From NCBI GenBank assembly GCA_038207335.1, contig JBBQZX010000007.1, forward strand, positions 96,001 through 160,000: a DNA stretch of 64,000 nt, given 5' to 3'. Shown piece after piece: positions 18,108 to 28,778 of this stretch. The translations under genes and the position numbers were made by a program. This DNA is from Chthoniobacterales bacterium (lineage in GTDB: Bacteria; Verrucomicrobiota; Verrucomicrobiia; Chthoniobacterales; Chthoniobacteraceae). The notes beneath the pieces were generated by a model that saw only the letters and a list, made by a program, of their open reading frames with translations, was not told where the DNA came from and made no database searches. The stretch's first letter is position 1. Each line of letters begins with the position of its first letter.

Positions 18108-21100
18108 TACGCTTCACCTCCGGGATGTTCGGCTTTGCCTTCATGGCTCTCGTGATGGTGTTCTCGCGAATAGGCTCCGACCTTCTCCGCACCCGGCATT
18201 TTCATGTTGGGGTTGCGGATACGGGCCAGATACCAGACGCGGGTGCCGACGTTGAGATACTCGAGGAGCCGGTAGCCGCGCTCAGTGGCGCGCACTTTCG
18301 AGACGCTGCTGTCGGGGTTCGCGATATCGCCAAAGGTGATCGCATCTGTCGGACAGGCTTGCGCGCAGGCTACTGTGAAGGCATCGGCGGGGATGCGGAT
18401 GTTATCGGAATCGCGCGCGGCGACCTTTGCAGCGATTTTAGCTTCCTGGATTCGTTGCACGCAAAAGGTGCATTTTTCCATGACTCCGCGCATCCGGACG
18501 GTGACGTTCGGGTTCTTCTGAAGCTTGATGGAATCCTCGGTGCCTTTCGGCGCGGTGAGGTTCCATTTATAAAGGCCGCGGTCTTCGATGTTGCGCTGGT
18601 TGTAGTCGAAGAAGTTGAAGCGGCGGACTTTGAATGGACAGTTGTTCGCGCAGTATCGGGTGCCGATGCAGCGGTTGTAGGCCATCACGTTTAGTCCGTC
18701 GTCGCTGTGAACGGTGGCGTTGACGGGGCATACGGTTTCGCACGGCGCATTCTCGCAGTGCTGGCAGAGCATGGGCTGATAGACCATCTCAGGATCGGCG
18801 GTCTCGTCGCCGACTCCCGCAAAGTAACGATCGGTGCGAATCCAGTGCATCTCGCGGCCGTTGTGGACCTGCTCTTTGCCGACGATCGGAATGTTGTTCT
18901 CCGACTGGCAGGCGACCATGCAGGCGGAGCATCCGGTGCAGGACGAAAGGTCCACGGTCATTCCCCACTGGTGCTGGTTCGTGAGCGGCGGGTGGGAATA
19001 GAGAGAGCTGGTAACAACCTCGGTTTTCTTGCCGTTGACGACTTTCCACTCGGCCTCGGCATCCATGCCGAGCGTCTTTGCGAATTCAGGGTTCTCCTTG
19101 TATTGCTCGATCGTCCCTTCACGGACGAGGTCAGGGCCACGGCCTTCGAGCGTGCCGTGCTCCTGCGTGACTGCGAGAAGGTAGGTGTCGCCGGTTTTCG
19201 CAACTTTCGCGCCGACGATGAAATAAGGCTGTGCGGTGCTGCGGAGGCGGTAGGCATTGAAGCCGGGGCTCTTGCCTGTTGCGTCTTTTCCGCCGACGCG
19301 ACCGGAGACTTCGCGGCCGTATCCGAGTGCGATCGAGAGTGAATTGTCGGCGTGCCCGGGCGCGATAAAAACGGGGATTTTCAGCGAACGCTCCTGCACG
19401 GTGATGTCGATCACGTCGCCGGTTTCGACGCCGAGCTTTGCGGCACTGGCGGGGCTGATGAGAGCGGCGTTGTCCCATGTGACCTTGGTGATCGGATCGG
19501 GGATTTCCTGGAGCCAGCCGTTGTTGGCGAAGCGTCCGTCATCGACTGTGTAGTCGGCAGTGAGGACGATCTCGAAGCTGTTTTCGTCGAGAGCGGGAGC
19601 GGAAAAATTGTCCTTCGCGGATGTCGTGGAGTCGGCGGAAATCGCGAGCGGCTCGGGCTTTGCAGCGCTGTGGGCGAGGAAGCCGTCGTGGAGGAATTTT
19701 GCCCACGCGACGGTGAAATCGGCGGGGCTGGCGGCTTGGCGGAAAGTTTCTTGGATGAGCTCGGGGCCGGTGGTTTTTGCGTGGCCGGCGAATTTTGCGA
19801 GGATGTCCAGCTCCGACCAGCCGTCGTAGAGCGGCAGGATCATCGGCTGGATGGAAAGGTGGCTGCCGTCGGTGGCGTAGGCGTCGCCCCACGACTCGAG
19901 ATAGGTCGCGATCGGCACCTGCCAGGTGGCGAGTTCGGAGGTTTCGTCTTCGTGCAGGCCGACGCGGACAATCGTGCCTTTTTTCTCGTCGCGGAGGGTC
20001 TTGAGGACTTTCGCGAATTCGAGGTCGGACGGCGCGTTGTAGATCGGATTGCCGCCGATGATGATGATCGCGCGGGTCGTGCCGTCGCCGATCGATTTGG
20101 TGAGTTCGCCGATGCTGGCGGCGGGCTTCGCGCCGCGGCGACCGGTGAGCGTTTTGTCGAGGTTGCCGAGCGCGGAGTTGATCGACGCGACGATCGCGTG
20201 GACTCCGGCGGGCTGGCGCGAACCGACGACGACGAGGCTTTTGCCTTTGTTTGCGAGAAGATCGGCGGCGGATTCTTTCACCCACTCCGCGGAGATTTTC
20301 GCGGTCGCGGGCGGGAGCGTTTTTACCAGCGCGAGGAGCGCGGAGTCGCTGGATTTCGCGCCGATTTCCTGCGCGAGGGCGAGGGCGAAGGCACCGATTT
20401 GGCTCGCGGGCATCCGCAGACGGTGGTCGGCCATGCCGCCGGTGACGGTGTAGCGATTTTCGACCGCGTAGAGGCGGTTCATCTTGCCGCCAGCGTCGGG
20501 CTTGCGGCGCGCGGTGAATTGCCGCGTGATGTCGATGGTCGATTCCGTGCCGAGGAAATCGCAGTCGAGCGCCATGATGACGTCGGCTTTTCCCATCTGC
20601 GGAATCGCGGAGATGCCTGCTCCGAAGCTGCCCTCCGGGCCGCCGAGCGGCTCATAAACGGCCCACATCGCCTTTGGAAATTTCTCCTCGATCTCGCCGC
20701 GCAGTCGCTCGCGAGTCGGCCCGTGAATTTCTTCCAAAAGGAACGCGATGCCCGCGCCGTCGGCGGCGTTTTTGATCAGCTCGTCGAGTTCTTTTTCAAA
20801 GGTCGCGACGTCGGACTTTTTGCCGTTTTTGAGGAAATGCTGTGAGCGATCCGGGTCGTAGAAATCGAGGATTGAGGCCTGGGCGAAGATGTCTGTCGCG
20901 CCTTTGCTGGCGGGGTGCAGCGGGTTGCCCTCAATTTTCGTGGGGCGTCCGTCGTGAGTCGTGACGACGAGCGGGATCGCGCCGTTGCGGGTCGGGTAGG
21001 CGCTGGAGAAAAATAGGGCCTTGCCGGGAATCGACCACTCGACGCCGCGCGTGAACGGGACGAGTTGCATTTCCGGCCGGCGGCAGCCGGCGAAGCTGAG

Positions 21101-21304
21101 GCCGGCGAGCGCCATCGACGCGCCCATGAGCTGGAGGAAATTGCGACGGGAAACTTCGCCGCCGCCGAACTCTGACGCACCTTGCGGGAACTCGCGCTCG
21201 AGCCAGCCGCGGAATTCCGGGGTGCCGGAGAGCTGGCCGAGGCTGCGCCAGTATTTCTTGCCAGTGGCGGCCTCGGGCGGGTGATTGAAAACGCGTTTGC
21301 TCAT
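18107..21304 (-). CDS. actB: Alternative complex III subunit B (molybdopterin-oxidoreductase-like plus Fe-S domain, Tat lipoprotein)
   Basis: YWRSL, REFP, SRRNFL Tat motif with FAGC lipobox, [10 protein letters not shown]; Fe-S motifs [40 protein letters not shown]. Confidence 0.97.
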   Translation of the reverse strand: MSKRVFNHPPEAATGKKYWRSLGQLSGTPEFRGWLEREFPQGASEFGGGEVSRRNFLQLMGASMALAGLSFAGCRRPEMQLVPFTRGVEWSIPGKALFFSSAYPTRNGAIPLVVTTHDGRPTKIEGNPLHPASKGATDIFAQASILDFYDPDRSQHFLKNGKKSDVATFEKELDELIKNAADGAGIAFLLEEIHGPTRERLRGEIEEKFPKAMWAVYEPLGGPEGSFGAGISAIPQMGKADVIMALDCDFLGTESTIDITRQFTARRKPDAGGKMNRLYAVENRYTVTGGMADHRLRMPASQIGAFALALAQEIGAKSSDSALLALVKTLPPATAKISAEWVKESAADLLANKGKSLVVVGSRQPAGVHAIVASINSALGNLDKTLTGRRGAKPAASIGELTKSIGDGTTRAIIIIGGNPIYNAPSDLEFAKVLKTLRDEKKGTIVRVGLHEDETSELATWQVPIATYLESWGDAYATDGSHLSIQPMILPLYDGWSELDILAKFAGHAKTTGPELIQETFRQAASPADFTVAWAKFLHDGFLAHSAAKPEPLAISADSTTSAKDNFSAPALDENSFEIVLTADYTVDDGRFANNGWLQEIPDPITKVTWDNAALISPASAAKLGVETGDVIDITVQERSLKIPVFIAPGHADNSLSIALGYGREVSGRVGGKDATGKSPGFNAYRLRSTAQPYFIVGAKVAKTGDTYLLAVTQEHGTLEGRGPDLVREGTIEQYKENPEFAKTLGMDAEAEWKVVNGKKTEVVTSSLYSHPPLTNQHQWGMTVDLSSCTGCSACMVACQSENNIPIVGKEQVHNGREMHWIRTDRYFAGVGDETADPEMVYQPMLCQHCENAPCETVCPVNATVHSDDGLNVMAYNRCIGTRYCANNCPFKVRRFNFFDYNQRNIEDRGLYKWNLTAPKGTEDSIKLQKNPNVTVRMRGVMEKCTFCVQRIQEAKIAAKVAARDSDNIRIPADAFTVACAQACPTDAITFGDIANPDSSVSKVRATERGYRLLEYLNVGTRVWYLARIRNPNMKMPGAEKVGAYSREHHHESHEGKAEHPGGEA

Positions 21305-21316
21305 CGAAAAATTTCG

Positions 21317-21991
21317 TTAGCGGTGGCAGCCGGCGCAGTTGCCATCGGGCGGATGGACGTTCCATTCCGCCTTTAGTTTCAGGCCGAGCTTTTCCTGCGC
21401 GTCGGTCACGGACTGGCCTTTCTCAGTCGGCGCGGTCCAGTCGAGATTCGTGATTTGGTCGAGCGGGCGCAGCGCGTGCTCGGGGTTCCGGTGGCAGTTG
21501 AGGCAGAAATCCATCGACAGCGGCTTGGCTTGATAGACGACGGCCATTTCGTTGATCTTCCCGTGGCACTCGACGCAAGAGACGCCGCGGTTCACGTGAG
21601 CCGAGTGGTTGAAATAGACGTAGTCGGGGGTCTTGTGGACTTGCACCCACTCGATGGGTTTGCCGGTCTGCCACGAGTCGCGCACGGGCTGGAGCTTCGG
21701 GTTGTCTTTCTGAATCTGCCCGTGGCAGTTCATGCAAACCTGCGTGGTCGGAACGTTCGAGTGCGCGGCGACCTCGACGAAGCTGTGGCAGTAGCGGCAA
21801 TCCATGCCGACTTGCTTCACATGGATGTCGTGCGGAAACGGGACGGGCTGAACGGGTTGGTATCCGACGTTCGTGTATTTGTTGGTAAAGTAATACCCGA
21901 AGCCTGCCGTGAGCGCGACGCCGAGCACGGCGGCACATAGCGCGATTTTGAGAGGCAGGAAGTTGCTCGACCGTGGAAAGATGTTCGCCAT
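21317..21991 (-). CDS. actA: Alternative complex III subunit A (pentaheme cytochrome c)
   Basis: N-terminal TM; five CxxCH motifs (CRYCH, CMNCH, CVECH, CLNCH, CAGCH); QPVPFPH. Confidence 0.96.
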   Translation of the reverse strand: MANIFPRSSNFLPLKIALCAAVLGVALTAGFGYYFTNKYTNVGYQPVQPVPFPHDIHVKQVGMDCRYCHSFVEVAAHSNVPTTQVCMNCHGQIQKDNPKLQPVRDSWQTGKPIEWVQVHKTPDYVYFNHSAHVNRGVSCVECHGKINEMAVVYQAKPLSMDFCLNCHRNPEHALRPLDQITNLDWTAPTEKGQSVTDAQEKLGLKLKAEWNVHPPDGNCAGCHR

Positions 21992-22068
21992 GCGTCAGGG
22001 TTGCTCGGAGCGTCGGAAGATCGGAAATGCGGCGGTCGGCATGGACGGAAAATCGAGAAGGGGCAGCT

Positions 22069-22097
22069 ATGATGGAGGCGGGTGAATTGGTTGGCAA
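22069..22097 (-). promoter_or_regulatory. Putative sigma70-like promoter of the act operon
   Basis: Minus strand reads TTGCCA-17 nt-CATCAT, next to the Rex-type box. Confidence 0.4.
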
Positions 22098-22103
22098 GAA
22101 AGT

Positions 22104-22121
22104 TTGTGAAAAATTTCACAA
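22104..22121. promoter_or_regulatory. Rex-type operator palindrome
   Basis: TTGTGAA-AAAT-TTCACAA exactly matches the Rex consensus TTGTGAAnnnnTTCACAA, about 110 bp upstream of actA. Confidence 0.75.
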
Positions 22122-22172
22122 GCTCCCGAACCTCGCGATTTTCGCCTCGCCGGATCGACGCTTTCGCGGCGA

Positions 22173-23921
22173 TCAGGGGGGCGGATGATTCGTGATCGGC
22201 GCGGTGCGGTGCAATAACAAAACGTCGTGGTGATCCTTCTGGGCAAAGGTTTTGGCGATTTGAAATTCGGGCAGGCGCGTGGCGAATTTCTTGCGTTCCT
22301 GGTCGCGGATGAGGATGAAGTCGGCAGCGGGCGAGATTTGGTCGAGTTCGGTGGCGTAGCGGTAGGGGGCGCGGATGTAAAAGATGGCGGGGAGATATCC
22401 GGGGTCGAAAATTGTGAGCGATTTTCCGGAGGGGATTTCGGCGGTGATGGAGACACCGAATGGGCGGAGGTCATCGCGGCGGTTGAGAATTGGGACGATG
22501 GCGAGGGCGTAGAGAATGGAGGCGACGGCGAGGAGAGTGGCGGAAGTAATGGTGAGTCCGGGGAGCGTGAGGGAGTGCGGGCGGCGGGCGATGATGAGCG
22601 CGCAAATGGCGAGGAGGAGGCCGCACAGGAGGCCAATTTTTGCCACCGGGATTGCTGAGGAGAAGATCGAGGCGTCGGTGTCGAACGAGTGGCGGTTTGG
22701 AGCGACGGTGAATGGGGCTGCGAGTGCGGCAATGATGAGGAGGGCTGCGAGGATGCGGTTGGTGAGGTGCCAGCGGGCGGCGATGGGATTTTCGGGTTGG
22801 GAGTTGAAATGGAGGCAGAGAGAGAAGGCGAGGAGGAGGGCAATGGGGGCGCCGAGCGGGAGGATGTAGCGCGGGAGTGCGCCAGGGATGAGGAGGACGA
22901 TGAGCGCGGTGGCGGCGGTGGTGAGCGTAAGGAATTTGAGGAGGCGCGGGGTGAGGAGGTTGCCAGAGGCGATTGGCAGAAACGCGGGTGAGATATTGAT
23001 CGGACTAAGTGCCGGTGAGGGCGGTGACAGAGTCACTGGAGGTGCGATTTTTGGCGAGCACCGAAGCCGGAAGAGGATGAGGAATGGCGCGAAGATGAGC
23101 CAGGGGAGCTGGTCGGCGAGGGCGCGAGGGATGTTGAGCAGGTAGTTTGTGGGATTGAAGTCGCTGTCGGTGAAGCGGTCGATGCCTTGGCGCTTCCAGA
23201 CGGCGGCGGCGGCGACAGCCTCGGGGCTGTGGAAGAATGGGAAGGCCCATGCGGCGAAGATCGCGGCGGCAAGCGCGATGCCGGCGAGGTGCGCGGGATG
23301 GAGGAGCGCGCGGAGGTCGCGCTCGGCGGCGAGCGTGGCGGCGACGACGGCGTAGAAGAAAAGGAGGTGGAGGGAGGGGCCTTTGGCGAGGCAGGCGAGG
23401 CCGAGGAAGAGGAAGGAGGCGAGCCAGGTGAGCCAAGGGGATTTTTTGCCGAGGCGGAATGCAAGCCAGAGGGTGATCGCGATGCCGGTGAGGGGGGCGT
23501 AGATGCCTTCGATCTCGGCGCCGACGAATCGGGCTTTTGCGAGGAGGCCGAGCTGGGTGATGGAGAAGATGGCGGCAACGAGGGCGGTGGCGGGGTCCAT
23601 CCATCCGGGCGCGCCGCTGGTGGCTATGATCGTGGCAGCGAGGGCGAGGACGCAGAGGGCGGAGGGGAGTCGCGCGGTCCATTCGTTGCGCGTGCCGGTG
23701 ATTTTGAAGGAGGCGGCGATGAGCCAGTTGACGAGAGGCGGCTTGCGGAGGAAAGGCTTGCCGCCGACGCGAGGAATGAGCCACCCGCCGCCGTCGAGCA
23801 TCGTGACGGCGGGGAGGATGCGGCGGCCTTCTTCGCCCTTGATCTCGGTGGAGCCGAGGCCGGGAAGGTAGATCGCGGCCCAGAGGGCGGCGGCGATGAG
23901 TAGGGCGCGGAGGCGAGTCAT
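22173..23921 (-). CDS. ArnT/PMT-like (GT39/GT83) membrane glycosyltransferase
   Basis: EEGRR, KPPLVNWLIA, EWTARLPSAL, LAKGP motifs; many TM helices. Confidence 0.88.
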   Translation of the reverse strand: MTRLRALLIAAALWAAIYLPGLGSTEIKGEEGRRILPAVTMLDGGGWLIPRVGGKPFLRKPPLVNWLIAASFKITGTRNEWTARLPSALCVLALAATIIATSGAPGWMDPATALVAAIFSITQLGLLAKARFVGAEIEGIYAPLTGIAITLWLAFRLGKKSPWLTWLASFLFLGLACLAKGPSLHLLFFYAVVAATLAAERDLRALLHPAHLAGIALAAAIFAAWAFPFFHSPEAVAAAAVWKRQGIDRFTDSDFNPTNYLLNIPRALADQLPWLIFAPFLILFRLRCSPKIAPPVTLSPPSPALSPINISPAFLPIASGNLLTPRLLKFLTLTTAATALIVLLIPGALPRYILPLGAPIALLLAFSLCLHFNSQPENPIAARWHLTNRILAALLIIAALAAPFTVAPNRHSFDTDASIFSSAIPVAKIGLLCGLLLAICALIIARRPHSLTLPGLTITSATLLAVASILYALAIVPILNRRDDLRPFGVSITAEIPSGKSLTIFDPGYLPAIFYIRAPYRYATELDQISPAADFILIRDQERKKFATRLPEFQIAKTFAQKDHHDVLLLHRTAPITNHPPP

Positions 23922-23982
23922 AGGAATGCGGTCGTCCCCGCCTGCGAGGCCGGCACAACAGGCGAGACGCTTGTCTTCCGGC

Positions 23983-26900
23983 TTACGCGCGCAGCTTCAC
24001 CAGCAAGTCGCCGGCTTCCACGGAATCGCCGACGCTGACGTTCACCTCGGCCACGACGCCGTCGGCGTGGGCGTAGAGCGTGGTCTGCATTTTCATCGCT
24101 TCGAGGGTCGCGAGTTTGTCGCCGTTGGCCACTTTTCCGCCGACGGTCGCGCTGAGGGCGGTGACCATTCCGGGAATCGGCGCGCCGATTTGCAACGGGT
24201 CGGCGGCGTCGGCTTTGGCCCGTGCTTTCGATTTCGGCGCGATCGATTTGTCGAAAACAACCGACTCGCGCGGTACGCCGTTGAGCTCGTAGCTGATCAC
24301 GCGGCGGCCTTCCTTGTCCGGCGCGCCGATGTTGATGAGCTTGATGAAAAGCACCTTCCCCTCCTCGATTGAGACGCTGATTTCCTCGCCGAGATTCAGC
24401 CCGTAGAAAAACGCGGGCGTCGGCAATTTGCTCACGTCGCCGAAATCACGCGCGAACTTCGCGTAGTCCGCGAAGACGCTTGGATACATAAGATGCGAGT
24501 AGAGGTCGTCCTCGCTCGGCTCGCGTTTAGTCTTCGCAGCGACCTCGGTTTTCGTCTCCTTGAGCTTCACCGGCGCGGGCTTCGTGCGCTTGGGTTTCGT
24601 CGAGCCGAGCACGGCTTTCACGACCGGCGCGGGCCAGCCGCCCATCGGCTCGCCGAGCCCACCGCTGAGCATGTCGATCACACTTTCCGGCCACGAGGTT
24701 CCGGGCGGGAGATTTACCACGTCGGCGGGCTTGATCCCTTTCGTGAAAAGGAACAGCGCCATGTCGCCGACCACTTTGCTCGACGGCGTGACCTTCACGA
24801 TGTCGCCGAAAAGGTCGTTCACCTCGCGGTAGGTGCGCGCGATTTCCGGCCAGCGATTTCCGAGCCCCATCGCGTTCGCCTGCTCCTTGAGATTCGTGAA
24901 CTGCCCGCCCGGCATCTCGTGCAAATACACCTCCGCGCTGCCGCTCCTCGGCGCCGTGTCGAAGGGCGCATAAAACGCGCGCACCTGCTCCCAGTAGTCG
25001 GAGAATTCGTTGAGCGTATCGACGTCGAGCCCGGTGTCGCGCGGCGTGTGCTCGAGCGCGGCGACGATCGAGTTGAGATTCGGCTGCGAGGTCGAACCGC
25101 TCATCGACGCGATCGCTAGATCGACCACATCGACGCCCGCGTCCGATGCGCGCAGGATCGAACCCGCATTGATCCCGCTCGTGTCGTGCGTGTGAAAATG
25201 CACCGGGATGCCGATCTCCTCTTTCAGCGCCGTCACCAGCGCGCTCGCGGCATACGGCCGGCAGAGCCCCGCCATATCTTTGATGCAAAGGAAATGCGCG
25301 CCCATTTTTTCCAGTTCCTTCGCGAGTCCGACGTAGTATTTCAGCGAATATTTCGAGCGCTTCGGGTCGAGGATGTCGCCGGTGTAGCAGAGCGCGCCTT
25401 CGCAGATCGCGTGCGTGTTCTGCACCGCCTCCATCGCGGCCCGCATGTTCTTGAGATCATTCAGCGAGTCGAAGACCCGGAAGATATCCATGCCGCACGC
25501 CGCCGCGTGCTCGACGAAACCGGCGACGACATTCGGCGGATAACTCGTGTAGCCGACCGCGTTCGCGCCGCGCAGGAGCATCTGGAAACAGATGTTCGGC
25601 ACCTTCTCGCGCAGCAGCCGCAGACGCTGCCACGGGTCCTCGTGCAGGAAGCGCATCGCCGTGTCGAAAGTCGCGCCGCCCCACATTTCCAGCGAGAACA
25701 GCTCCGGCGCCCGCCGCGCCACCGCGCCCGCCACCGCCGCCATGTCGAAGGTCCGCACGCGCGTCGCCATCAGCGACTGGTGTGCATCGCGGAACGTCGT
25801 GTCCGTGACCAGCAGCCGCTTCTCCTTCAGCGCCCATTGCGCGAACTTCTTCGGCCCCAGCTCCAGCAAAAGCTGCCGCGTCCCCGGCTGCGGCTCCGCC
25901 TTCCGATCGTAGTCCGGCAGCGGCGCGCCGGTCAGCGGCACCGCCGGCTTGTAGCCCTTCGCGTGCGGATTCGAGTTCACGATCACGTTGCTCAGAAAGC
26001 CCAGCAGCTTCGTCGCGCGATCCCGCCGCGGCTTGAATTCGAACAGCCCCGGCGACGTGTCGATCATCGTCGTCGTCGCCTTGCCGGTGCGGAATTGCTC
26101 CGCATGGATCACGTTATCCAGGAACGGAATATTCGTCTTCACCCCGCGGATGCGGCACTCGCGCAGCGCCCGATCCATCCGGTCCAGCGCCATCTGGAAA
26201 GTGCTCGCCTTTGCCGTGATCTTCACCAGCAGCGAATCGTAGAACGGCGTGATCACCGCGCCCGACTCACCCATCCCCGCATCCAGCCGGATGCCGTATC
26301 CGCCCGCGCTGCGGAAGGTCGCGATCTTCCCGTAGCTCGGCATGAATTTGTTCTCCGGGTCCTCCGTCGTCACGCGGCACTGCACCGCGAAGCCATTGCG
26401 CTGAATCTCCCCTTGCGGCGGCAGCGCGATCTCCGGCCCATGCAGCTCAAAGCCCTGCGCCACCAAGATTTGCGACCGCACGAGATCGATCCCCGTGATC
26501 TCCTCCGTCACCGTATGCTCCACCTGGATGCGCGGGTTCATCTCGATGAAAAACCACTCGTCCGTGTCCAGATCCAGGAGGAATTCCACCGTCCCCGCAT
26601 TGTCGTAGCCGATCTCCTTGGCGATCCGCGTCGCCGCGTCGCACAGCTCGTGCCGCACCTTGTCGCTGAGCCCAAAGCTCGGCGCGATCTCCACCACCTT
26701 CTGGTGCCGCCGCTGCACCGAGCAGTCCCGCTCGTGCAGGTGCAGCACATGCCCGTGCTTGTCGCCTAAAATCTGCACCTCGATGTGCTTCGCTCGCCCG
26801 ATGTAACGCTCGAGAAACACCGCCGCATTCCCAAAGGCCCGCTCCGCCTCCCCCTGCGCCTCATCCAGCAGCGCATCCAGGTCCCCCGCCTTCTGCACCA

Positions 26901-27453
26901 CCCTCATCCCGCGCCCGCCGCCCCCAAATGCCGCCTTGATGATCAGCGGAAACCCGATCTGCGCCGCCGCCTTCAGCGCCTCCGCGCGATCCGTCACCGG
27001 GTCCTCCGTCCCAGGCAGCGTCGGCACCTTCAGCTTCTGAGTCAGCGCGCGCGCCGCCACCTTGTCGCCCATCAGCTCCAGCAGCTCCGGCTTTGGCCCG
27101 ACGAAAGTGATCCCCGCCTCCGCGCACGCCTTCGCGAATTTCGCATTCTCCGACAGAAACCCATACCCCGGGTGAATCAGCTCCGCCCCGTGCTCCTTTG
27201 CCACCGCGATGATGCCCGCGATATCCAGATACGCCCCCACTGGCCCCTTCCCCTCGCCCACGCGATACGCCTCATCAGCCTTGAAGCGATGCATCGAGAA
27301 CCGATCCTCCTCCGCATAAATCGCCACCGTCCTGAACCCCAGTTCCGTCGCCGCCCGCATCACCCGGATCGCGATCTCTGACCTGTTTGCGACGAGTAAC
27401 TTTCGCGGTTTGCTCGGAGTGGCGGATCGTGCTGCGCGCGTCGGAGTGTTCAT
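23983..27453 (-). CDS. pyc: Pyruvate carboxylase
   Basis: LLVANRSEIAIR, GGGGRGMR, RDCSVQRRHQK, RDAHQSL, HFHTHDT, biotinyl EAMKM. Start set at the ATG at 27453. Confidence 0.98.
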   Translation of the reverse strand: MNTPTRAARSATPSKPRKLLVANRSEIAIRVMRAATELGFRTVAIYAEEDRFSMHRFKADEAYRVGEGKGPVGAYLDIAGIIAVAKEHGAELIHPGYGFLSENAKFAKACAEAGITFVGPKPELLELMGDKVAARALTQKLKVPTLPGTEDPVTDRAEALKAAAQIGFPLIIKAAFGGGGRGMRVVQKAGDLDALLDEAQGEAERAFGNAAVFLERYIGRAKHIEVQILGDKHGHVLHLHERDCSVQRRHQKVVEIAPSFGLSDKVRHELCDAATRIAKEIGYDNAGTVEFLLDLDTDEWFFIEMNPRIQVEHTVTEEITGIDLVRSQILVAQGFELHGPEIALPPQGEIQRNGFAVQCRVTTEDPENKFMPSYGKIATFRSAGGYGIRLDAGMGESGAVITPFYDSLLVKITAKASTFQMALDRMDRALRECRIRGVKTNIPFLDNVIHAEQFRTGKATTTMIDTSPGLFEFKPRRDRATKLLGFLSNVIVNSNPHAKGYKPAVPLTGAPLPDYDRKAEPQPGTRQLLLELGPKKFAQWALKEKRLLVTDTTFRDAHQSLMATRVRTFDMAAVAGAVARRAPELFSLEMWGGATFDTAMRFLHEDPWQRLRLLREKVPNICFQMLLRGANAVGYTSYPPNVVAGFVEHAAACGMDIFRVFDSLNDLKNMRAAMEAVQNTHAICEGALCYTGDILDPKRSKYSLKYYVGLAKELEKMGAHFLCIKDMAGLCRPYAASALVTALKEEIGIPVHFHTHDTSGINAGSILRASDAGVDVVDLAIASMSGSTSQPNLNSIVAALEHTPRDTGLDVDTLNEFSDYWEQVRAFYAPFDTAPRSGSAEVYLHEMPGGQFTNLKEQANAMGLGNRWPEIARTYREVNDLFGDIVKVTPSSKVVGDMALFLFTKGIKPADVVNLPPGTSWPESVIDMLSGGLGEPMGGWPAPVVKAVLGSTKPKRTKPAPVKLKETKTEVAAKTKREPSEDDLYSHLMYPSVFADYAKFARDFGDVSKLPTPAFFYGLNLGEEISVSIEEGKVLFIKLINIGAPDKEGRRVISYELNGVPRESVVFDKSIAPKSKARAKADAADPLQIGAPIPGMVTALSATVGGKVANGDKLATLEAMKMQTTLYAHADGVVAEVNVSVGDSVEAGDLLVKLRA

Positions 27454-27799
27454 AAAAAGCGCACTTTCTAAACGGCCCACCGCCCGCAAAGCCAGCGCAG
27501 ACTTGGTTTCGCGAGGAAAAACACTCGCTGCGCGCGCCCGCTCCACTTACGTCCGCTCGCGATCTTCGTCGGGTGAACGCGAGACATCTACGCTGGCATT
27601 CCCATCTCTGGATCGAACGAGAGCTGAAAGGTCTCCATTTCGAGCTTGCTCAGTTCAGCGCGGGAGCGGAGAACGTCGCAATGAGGTTGGACCTGCTGCG
27701 CTAGGAACAGAAGCACCTGCCTACGCCCAGAAGCAATACTGCGGCTCTTGGCGCAGCCGACCACCCCACCGCGACCCCCAGCCAATTCACCTAGTTTTT

Positions 27800-28075
27800 G
27801 TTAAGCGGCATCGAACCCCACACAACACCACAGCGAAGCAAACACACCATGAAAACATCCCAAAAGAACAAGCTCGTGAAGACCAACACAATTCTTTGGC
27901 TCGCAGCGATAGGTTTGCCTGTATTTTTGCACTTTGCCCTTGCCGCTTCCAAGTTTCCCTGGCCGGTGATTCTACCTTTTTTGCTCCTTGGACCGATGCT
28001 GGCCTCCAACAATATGCTGACCAAAGCAATTGGGGACACGACAGATGATGCCGCGTAACCATGCGCTTCAGCGAC
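27800..28075 (+). mobile_element. Orphan integron gene-cassette-like element with truncated attC
   Basis: GTTAAGCGGCATC (27800-27812, GTTRRRY core) and its 12/13 inverse GATGCCGCGTAAC (28047-28059) bracket one ORF whose stop lies in the TAAC; lower GC than the flanks. Confidence 0.6.
27849..28058 (+). CDS. Small two-TM hypothetical protein (cassette ORF)
   Basis: 69 aa (MKTSQKNKLVK...) with two hydrophobic segments; fills the cassette. Confidence 0.65.
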   Translation: MKTSQKNKLVKTNTILWLAAIGLPVFLHFALAASKFPWPVILPFLLLGPMLASNNMLTKAIGDTTDDAA

Positions 28076-28778
28076 AGCGGTCGCAGACGCGTCGCGGCGT
28101 CTCGCAGGATGTCCTGATATTCTCCAGAGAAAGCTTCGACAGAAATTCATTTCCGTTGTTCTTGCCGGAGCATCAACCGAAATGACCGCAGCACCGAGCC
28201 ATCGACTACGGCGAGTCGCTTCTTTTCAATAGGCCGTTGGTTTTCGCAGCTAACTACACCCCCAACCAACCACATATCCGCTTTATTATCCCTCGATGCT
28301 GATGGTGCGGCGGATTTCTTCAGTTTTGAAGCCAATGGCGCTGGGCATGGTGATGCCGGGGAGGAGCCCTACGTCGTAAAGTTCGCGGACGACGCCTAGG
28401 GGGGCTGCCATACGGGGCGGAAGCTGTGGGTCTCGCTCGGGGCGGCGAGGCAGGAGAAGAGGGTATTGACGAAGATGGGACGCGCGTCGCGATCGAGCGC
28501 GATGTCGTGGGCGTCGATGTCGTGATGATCTTTTCCTGCCTCCTTCTGGTCATTCCGCTCTCCCTCGGGGCTCTTCACTTTTTTCCTCGGTAGTTTTGCA
28601 GCACGTTGATCTGTTTGCTGGAGAATGAGTTCGAGCGGATTGCCGAAGACCAGATTCATGAGCTTTGCCGTGAATGCCATCGAAAAAGACTCCGGCTGGC
28701 GCGCCTCGAGAGCCCGGGCATTATCGCTTGTCGACGTGGCCATTGGGGCGGAAACTGCGGGGAAATTTACTCTCACGT

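Noticed and set aside
28396..28776. 126-aa minus-strand ORF and a GGAGAG..GAAGG glycine-riboswitch-like stretch
   Set aside because: No recognisable protein motif. The riboswitch's CTCTCAGG-type 3' element and a suitable downstream gene are missing.
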